Shown here: one piece after another, positions 16,146 to 21,766 of the stretch
Numbering within the stretch: position 1 is the stretch's first letter
Layout: each line of letters starts with the position of its first letter
Source: Methanobacteriaceae archaeon 41_258
Lineage (GTDB): Archaea > Methanobacteriota > Methanobacteria > Methanobacteriales > DSM-23052
Length of the DNA: 21,766 bases
Direction of reading: 5' to 3'
Assembly: GCA_001507955.1 (NCBI GenBank)
Contig: LGEU01000008.1
Location: forward strand, 1-21,766
Made by a program: the position numbers and the translations under genes
The notes under the pieces: model-generated
Database searches by the model: none
What the model was told of the DNA's origin: nothing
The model's input: the letters and a program-made list of their open reading frames with translations, nothing else

Positions 16146-17683
16146 CTGTTCCCCTTGTAATCTTCTATAGCCCTCCGAATGTCCATTTTAACATTTTGGT
16201 AGGCGTTAACAACCCCAGGACCCATGTGGATTATTATATTTCCTTTTTCAGAGTTTTTCAAGGCTTCTTTAATGGATTTGTAGACGTTTTCTACTATTAT
16301 GGTTTTTGTGGGGTTCGCCCCCTCTGCAACCTCTTCAGCCGCCTTCCAATCTATTTGCCCTGTTGTTTCATTTTTGGCACTTACAATGAGCAGATCAGCC
16401 GCTTTTGCAAGCGTCTTACCTATCTTGAATTTATCCCGCACTGTTAATGTGTCAGGATTGTCAAGGCTTATTATAAGCCCACTATCGAATTCCAAACCCT
16501 CAAATAATTTCTCCATGCTCTCTGGGTTGTGAGCAGCGTCCATATAAACTTTAACACCATCAACCACGCCCATGACCTCAAAACGCCCCCTTATACCCTT
16601 AAATTCGCCTATGCGCTCCTTCAGATAATCTATGTCAAAACCTAGTATCAATCCTGTTGTAATGGCAGCCAGTGCATTTTCAACATTGAATATTCCTGGA
16701 ACCTGTAAATTGATCCTCTCCTCATATGGTCCAACATATTCCCGCTTGAAATCCCCACATTCACAGTTTATACTCCCACATCTTTCACATAAGACTGTGG
16801 GTATTCTCCCACTTAAAAATGTGAATTCTGAACCCCTAAGACCCTTTAGTTTGATTTCTTCGGCTTTAACATCAACTGATAGGGGCCTTGTCACATATTT
16901 TCTACCATGGAATTCAACCAGTCTTTTCCTGCCCAAGCCATAAATGATGCGTGCGTCTATTTCATCTATGAATCCGCCTATTATGGGATCATCTCCATTG
17001 AGTATGAGCAAGCCCCTCTCATTGATAAGATCCTTAATGAGAAGGTTACGCCTGATATAATCATCATAATCCTTGAATTCGTCGAGGTGGTCTGGGGTGA
17101 GCGTGGTTATGATACCAGCGCATAATTCAAGGCCTTGTGTCATTCTTATGGTACCATGTGGCAGTTCAAAAACTGCGAATTCACCCTCCAGTTTATCCTC
17201 CACCAGCAAATCAACCAGGCCTTCAATGACAAGTGAATCTTCTAATGATGAAAATGATATCGTGGCATGCTTCCCCTTTAGGATATGTTTTATCATGTTT
17301 GTAGTTGTGGTTTTACCATCTGTGCCAGCCACTCCAACCATTGGAATCTTAATAAGGGAGTTAAGCATGCTGCCAATCATTGAAGGCGTTATATATTCAA
17401 TATCCTTTTTCTCTATTAGTTTGTATATCACCGAGTCTTTTGGGATGTTAGGTGAGATGAAAATGGCATCTGCCCATTCTATATCCTGAGGATGATGCCC
17501 CCCAAAATGGAACCTTATACCACTTTCCTGCATCTTTTTTATCCTTTTTTTAGCCTTTAGGGGTAGTTTTTCGAATTCTTTGATTTCTGTGACTAGCACT
17601 TCATTGCCAAGGTGGTGTAGTAGTTTTGCAGCGGGTCTGCCAGCATTCCCCGCACCAACCACTAGTATTTTCTTATTCCTCAT
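16142..17683 (-). CDS. Mur ligase family protein (pseudomurein peptide ligase candidate) with compact Cys4 cluster
   Basis: 513 aa. It has LVVGAGNAGRPAA, the P-loop GVAGTDGKTTTT, TTLTPDHLDEF, CERCGSINCECG (nt 16757-16789) and AAHNPES. It is a paralog of the 489-aa gene (FNVENALAAI vs FNVYNSLAAA; EFKGIRGRFEV vs SFKGAAGRHEI). There are ATGA overlaps at both ends. Confidence 0.85.
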   Translation of the reverse strand: MRNKKILVVGAGNAGRPAAKLLHHLGNEVLVTEIKEFEKLPLKAKKRIKKMQESGIRFHFGGHHPQDIEWADAIFISPNIPKDSVIYKLIEKKDIEYITPSMIGSMLNSLIKIPMVGVAGTDGKTTTTNMIKHILKGKHATISFSSLEDSLVIEGLVDLLVEDKLEGEFAVFELPHGTIRMTQGLELCAGIITTLTPDHLDEFKDYDDYIRRNLLIKDLINERGLLILNGDDPIIGGFIDEIDARIIYGLGRKRLVEFHGRKYVTRPLSVDVKAEEIKLKGLRGSEFTFLSGRIPTVLCERCGSINCECGDFKREYVGPYEERINLQVPGIFNVENALAAITTGLILGFDIDYLKERIGEFKGIRGRFEVMGVVDGVKVYMDAAHNPESMEKLFEGLEFDSGLIISLDNPDTLTVRDKFKIGKTLAKAADLLIVSAKNETTGQIDWKAAEEVAEGANPTKTIIVENVYKSIKEALKNSEKGNIIIHMGPGVVNAYQNVKMDIRRAIEDYKGNR

Positions 17684-18891
17684 TGTCCCACCATTTTTTC
17701 TATATTTTCTTGGATCTTTATGATCCTTTCTTGCCCATTACCCCCTATAAGTATTCTATGATATTCACTGCTAAACTCTTCGAGTAATTTGATGATTTCT
17801 TCCACGCCTTTTGCAGTTAAAACCTTTGAGGGTAGATTCTCTGCACACTTTAGGGCGATATCTGTTGTGTCCTCGAGGCCCGGGAATAATACAAGTATTC
17901 TTGGCGGTTTTTTACCTATTTCTTGTAGTGTTTCGAATCTCCAGTCCTCGTTTCTTCTTGGGGTTCCGAGGAATATTATGTCAAAATCAGTTTCCTTTAG
18001 TATGGTTTTCATGGCTGAGGGATTATCAATCTTCCCTATGACTATCTCCGCGTTATTTAATTTATATGTTTGTATACGCCCCCTTGGGGCTTCAAAATCT
18101 TCCAAGACGGAGTCTATTATATTTTTAGGCGTGCCGAGTATTTGGGCTGCTTTCGCGGCGGCGCCGGCATTTAACTTGTTAAATTTCCCGAAAAGGTTGA
18201 GTTTACCATCATATGGCCCATATAGTATTGACTTGGGGGTTTTTAATTGTAGTGATAGTAGGTCTTCTTTGTTTAGCAGGACGTTTTTGCCTTTTAGGAA
18301 TCTTTTGAGACTTTTCTTATAATTTTTGATGGTTTTGTGATGGTTCATGTGGTCTCGGCCTATGTTGGTTAAGATCACAAGATTTGGATTGAAACATTGG
18401 TCCGCGAAATCTAGTGTCATGTCACATATCTCAACGACTATGATGTCATATTTGTCCTCTGCGGCTTGTAGTATGAGTTCTGTGTAGCCTTGGAATCCTC
18501 CTCCTGCGTTGCCACCTACTAAGACTTTTTTACCCCACTTTTTTAGTATTTTTGTGAGCATGAGGGCTGTTGTTGTCTTGCCGTTGGTTCCGGTGATCCC
18601 TATGGTGTATGGTTTTTTGTGCTCTTGGAGGATGTTGCAGATTATTTTATCTTCTACTTTTTCTTTGAGTGGTGTGTTATAAAGGCTTGGGCTTAATATT
18701 ATAATGTCACATGCCTTTATCTTATCCATATCATGGAAGCCCAAATCTACTTCAACATCATCTAGACCCTCTAAATTTAGATTAGTGTTGATGTCAGTGG
18801 CGTATACCTTATATCCACGTTTTCTAAGTGATTTAACGGCTTTTCTGCCTTCAACGCCCAATCCTATCACTGCAGCTTTCATTGCGGACAC
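17680..18891 (-). CDS. MurD-like Mur ligase family protein (pseudomurein peptide ligase candidate)
   Basis: 403 aa. The track start 18891 is GTG; ATG at 18882 gives MKAAVIGLGVEGRKAV. It has the P-loop GITGTNGKTTT, VGGNAGGGF (cf. MurD GGNIG) and LTNIGRDHMNHH. There is no Cys ribbon. Confidence 0.85.
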   Translation of the reverse strand: MSAMKAAVIGLGVEGRKAVKSLRKRGYKVYATDINTNLNLEGLDDVEVDLGFHDMDKIKACDIIILSPSLYNTPLKEKVEDKIICNILQEHKKPYTIGITGTNGKTTTALMLTKILKKWGKKVLVGGNAGGGFQGYTELILQAAEDKYDIIVVEICDMTLDFADQCFNPNLVILTNIGRDHMNHHKTIKNYKKSLKRFLKGKNVLLNKEDLLSLQLKTPKSILYGPYDGKLNLFGKFNKLNAGAAAKAAQILGTPKNIIDSVLEDFEAPRGRIQTYKLNNAEIVIGKIDNPSAMKTILKETDFDIIFLGTPRRNEDWRFETLQEIGKKPPRILVLFPGLEDTTDIALKCAENLPSKVLTAKGVEEIIKLLEEFSSEYHRILIGGNGQERIIKIQENIEKMVGQ

Positions 18892-18923
18892 CAGAACTCT
18901 GATCGAGAATTCGACTTTTTAGT

Positions 18924-21437
18924 TTATCCTGTTTGGATTGTTGAAACCCCACCATTTTTTTCTACTGTGAATGTGTGATCTGCTAGGTTTTCTAGTTCTT
19001 CTTCGTGGGATACTATTATTACCTGTGAACATTCCAACTCTTCTAGTATTTCTCTGAATTTTAGGAGTTGTTCTTTGCTGAACCCGTCTGTTGGCTCGTC
19101 TAGTATGAGTATGTCTGATTTTATTGTGGAGTATCTTTGGATGATGGTGTTTAATGCTAGTCTGTAGGCTAGTGCGATGCTTGTTTTTTCACCTCCGCTG
19201 AGGTGTTCTATGTCCTGTTCGTAGCCTCCTTGTTCTATTATTGGTGTGAAGTTCTCGTCTATCCTTACAGTTTTTTCGTTGTCTTCTACGAGTTTTTGGA
19301 ACCAGCGCTGGAAGTGGCTGTTAAATTCTTGGTTTATTTGTATCATTACATGGGTTTCGATGTCGTGTAGCGTTGGTATGAAATATTCCTTGAGCCATTT
19401 CACATATTCTTTCAGTCTCTTTATAGATCTTTTTATTTTTTCCTTTTCTTTTATTTGCGCTTCTAAGTCTTTGACTTCTTCTTTTATCCTTTTGAGCGTT
19501 CCAAGATTTCTTGCACGTTCATTTTCGCATTCTCTTATCTTCTCCATGATGTGTTCTAGTCTGTTCTGTGTTTGGTCTTTTTTTTCTTTTACTTCATCCT
19601 TTTTTTCTAGTATTTGGTCTAGTTTTTCTATCTCCTCCTGGATGGATTCTATTTGGCTTGTTTTTTCCTTTATGATTTTTTTGTTTTCTTGGTATTCCAT
19701 GTTTTGGGTTGGTTTTAATTTTCTGATCATTTCTTGGTGTGAGCGTATCGAGGCTTTTATATTGGCTATTTTTTCTCTTAATGTGTTCATTTCACCCTCT
19801 AAATTCGCTTTTTCTGTTTTGAGTCGTCTCATTTCATCTGGGATGGTTGATTTCGCATTTATCCTCTCTTCTAGGCTCTTTTTCATATTTTTTATCTCTT
19901 TTGTTTTTTCTTTGATTTTCTTTATTGTTCTATTGTTTTTTTGAAGGTTTTGTTCCTTGTCTTCTAGTTTTTCTTTGAGGGTTTCTAGTTCTCTTTTAGC
20001 GTTTTCATATTCTATTATTTTTTCTTTGAGTTTTTTGTTTTCTTTTATTCTTGTAATGTATTCTTCTTTCATTTTTTCAAGTTCTTTTTTCTGGCTTTGT
20101 TTTTCTTCGAGTTTCTTTTTGATCTTGGATGGGTCAACTGGAGCTCCACATGTTGGACAGGTTTTTTCTTCTTTTATTGAGGAATAGTCATTTATCTTAG
20201 CGTTAACTTCCCCTATTTTCTCCTCTGTTATCCCCTTTTTTCTTTCATATTCTTCTATAATTTCTTCAATTTCTGTTAGGCTCTGATTGGATGGTCTTTT
20301 AATCTCTTCTAAGCTTTCAATTTCTTGGGTGATCTTGGATTGTTCCCTTATGATTTTTTTGTTGTCTTCTTGGATTTCTTGGAGTCTTTCGAGGTATTCT
20401 CGTTCTTGTTTTTTCAAATTTTCTAATTGGTTTTTATCTAATAGTATGCTCTCATAATCTTCTTTTATGTTCTCTATCTCCTCTTTTATCTCTTCCAGGG
20501 CTTTTTCCACCGTTTCTAGTCTTTTTTCTTGTTTGGATTTCTCTTTTTCCTTTTCATCCCTTTCTATGATGTGTCTCCTGTATTCTTCCTCTATTTTCTC
20601 GTTTTTCTTCTCGGCCTCTTCTATCCGCTCAGTTATAATGTTAATCTTATCTATTAGACTCTTTTTCCTATTATCAGCGTTTTTAATGTTTTCATATTCT
20701 CTTTCAAGCTCTGCAAGCTCATATTCTATGAATCTTCTATCCTCTTCCATTCTCTTCTTCTCATCTTCTATTTTTTCAATCAAAAGCTTGTATTTGTCTA
20801 TTTCATGTTTCCTCTCATCTCTTTTATCCTTTAACCCCTGGAGATCATGTATCATCCCCTTAAGCTCATCAGCTTTCCTATCAATCCGAACCGCCACCAT
20901 ATTAGCGTTCATGGCAGCTATGTTATAATCTTCCAATCTTAAAGCCTTTCTGATGGTTTTAAGCCGATCTTCAGGATTCATACTTATTATATTTTTCATC
21001 TCCTCCTGCGGGGTGAAAACAGCATACCTATAAATGCGACTCTTTGCACGCGGATTTAAAGGCTCATTATACTCCAATTTCCTAAGGATCCAATCCTTCA
21101 TATCTTTCGGTCTAAGGTTCACTCTACCATTCTCTGTCTCAATATAGCATATATCCTGACTTATACTCCCATCACTCCTCTTAAGACTCCTATAAACAGT
21201 ATATGTTTTACCATCCACTTGGAATGTGAGGGAAACATAACCCCTATTTGAACCTAAACGGAGCAGACCAGCCCCACGTTGACCACCCAAGCCAAAAAGG
21301 GCGAATTCAACCGCTAAGAGTATTGTCGTCTTACCAGAGCCTATATCCCCCTTAAAAAGTGTGACACCATCATAAAAATCGATCCTCGCCTCCCGGTAAC
21401 TTCGAATATTCTTAAGTTCCAAGGATTTAAGGATCAT
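18924..21437 (-). CDS. rad50: DNA double-strand break repair ATPase Rad50
   Basis: 837 aa. It has Walker A GDIGSGKTT, a very long K/E-rich coiled coil, the zinc hook CPTC (nt 20148-20159) near mid-protein, the signature LSGGEKTS, Walker B ILILDEPTDG, and SHEEE. Its start overlaps the upstream ORF stop (ATGA 21434-21437). Confidence 0.95.
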   Translation of the reverse strand: MILKSLELKNIRSYREARIDFYDGVTLFKGDIGSGKTTILLAVEFALFGLGGQRGAGLLRLGSNRGYVSLTFQVDGKTYTVYRSLKRSDGSISQDICYIETENGRVNLRPKDMKDWILRKLEYNEPLNPRAKSRIYRYAVFTPQEEMKNIISMNPEDRLKTIRKALRLEDYNIAAMNANMVAVRIDRKADELKGMIHDLQGLKDKRDERKHEIDKYKLLIEKIEDEKKRMEEDRRFIEYELAELEREYENIKNADNRKKSLIDKINIITERIEEAEKKNEKIEEEYRRHIIERDEKEKEKSKQEKRLETVEKALEEIKEEIENIKEDYESILLDKNQLENLKKQEREYLERLQEIQEDNKKIIREQSKITQEIESLEEIKRPSNQSLTEIEEIIEEYERKKGITEEKIGEVNAKINDYSSIKEEKTCPTCGAPVDPSKIKKKLEEKQSQKKELEKMKEEYITRIKENKKLKEKIIEYENAKRELETLKEKLEDKEQNLQKNNRTIKKIKEKTKEIKNMKKSLEERINAKSTIPDEMRRLKTEKANLEGEMNTLREKIANIKASIRSHQEMIRKLKPTQNMEYQENKKIIKEKTSQIESIQEEIEKLDQILEKKDEVKEKKDQTQNRLEHIMEKIRECENERARNLGTLKRIKEEVKDLEAQIKEKEKIKRSIKRLKEYVKWLKEYFIPTLHDIETHVMIQINQEFNSHFQRWFQKLVEDNEKTVRIDENFTPIIEQGGYEQDIEHLSGGEKTSIALAYRLALNTIIQRYSTIKSDILILDEPTDGFSKEQLLKFREILEELECSQVIIVSHEEELENLADHTFTVEKNGGVSTIQTG

Positions 21438-21766
21438 AAAAGACCACCCAAAGACTTGTCAATCGACAATACCCGGAGAGCATCCCGGAACAGCCCATCC
21501 TCATAATCAACCTTACGCTCATTAGGTTTCCTATCACGTCTCAAAGCATCTAAAAGTTCCATGGCAACATCAACATCACACTCCCTGAGAACATCCAAGT
21601 TCTCCCTATTCTCCTTGAAAAGACTCCTTTCAACCTGTGGAATATTTTCCACTTTAATCCTTATTCTCTGCCTCTCACGGCGCCTGAGACCATGACGGTT
21701 TATGTTAACATGTAAAGCACCCATCTCCACGAGCAGATCCCTTATCCTTAAAGGGTCTATCTCAGC
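21434..21766 (-). CDS. mre11: C-terminal part of the gene upstream of rad50, probably Mre11 nuclease (5' end outside window)
   Basis: The reading frame is open to the window edge (AEIDPLRIRDLLVEMGALHVNI...). It is translationally coupled to rad50, and mre11-rad50 is the standard archaeal order. The visible segment lacks the phosphoesterase motifs, so identity rests on context. Confidence 0.5.
   Translation of the reverse strand, partial: AEIDPLRIRDLLVEMGALHVNINRHGLRRRERQRIRIKVENIPQVERSLFKENRENLDVLRECDVDVAMELLDALRRDRKPNERKVDYEDGLFRDALRVLSIDKSLGGLL

Noticed and set aside
16034-17489. Plus-strand ORFs of 137, 77, 103, 72 and 138 aa inside the two larger ligase genes
   Set aside because: They are antisense or alternative-frame artefacts of well-supported minus-strand genes and have no recognisable motifs.
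17789-18322. 177-aa plus-strand ORF (and the 76-aa ORF at 17811..18041) antisense to the MurD-like ligase
   Set aside because: It lies entirely within a gene with strong motif support on the other strand. The composition is S/F/L-rich and there is no RBS.
19246-20928. Long plus-strand ORFs (232, 76 and 153 aa) rich in S, F, L and I, antisense to rad50
   Set aside because: They are the mirror image of the K/E-rich coiled-coil codons (AAG/GAA read as CTT/TTC). They are low-complexity with no start context, and the opposite strand carries an unambiguous Rad50.
18924-21437. Highly repetitive-looking DNA in rad50 that could be mistaken for tandem repeats or a CRISPR-like array
   Set aside because: The periodicity is amino-acid-level heptad bias (E/K/I/L), not exact nucleotide repeats. 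I saw no repeat-spacer structure.

Overview
This 21.8 kb window looks like archaeal chromosome, most likely from a pseudomurein-walled methanogen (Methanobacteriales-like). That call rests on three tandem Mur-ligase paralogs sitting among archaeal mre11-rad50, archaeal-type tRNAs and an FrhB-like Fe-S protein. The layout falls into five parts. (1) 1-7.6 kb is an AT-rich surface-glycan modification cluster. It holds an intact polysaccharide pyruvyl transferase, an FrhB/FdhB-like 2x[4Fe-4S] protein and a Wzx-type flippase. Between them lie three decayed genes: a pyruvyl-transferase paralog remnant, a twice-frameshifted FkbM methyltransferase, and a stop-riddled relic with weak sulfotransferase-like motifs. 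(2) 7.8-9.0 kb carries thioredoxin reductase and a tRNA-Glu(CUC)/tRNA-Gly(CCC) pair. (3) 9.0-11.3 kb has an orphan Csa3-like CARF+wHTH regulator divergent from an ACT-ACT-metallo-beta-lactamase protein. I saw no CRISPR array or cas genes. (4) 11.3-13.4 kb contains small uncharacterised genes (zinc ribbon, DUF169, acidic coiled coil, a small alpha/beta protein) and a MobA-like nucleotidyltransferase. (5) 13.5-21.8 kb is one long minus-strand block: mre11 (partial), rad50, three translationally coupled Mur-ligase paralogs, then a membrane-anchored extracytoplasmic protein of unknown function. The best candidates for undescribed biology are the unknown protein and the nucleotidyltransferase attached to the pseudomurein ligase operon, and the CRISPR-less CARF regulator paired with the ACT-MBL enzyme. 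All family assignments come from motif recognition by eye; no database search was possible.
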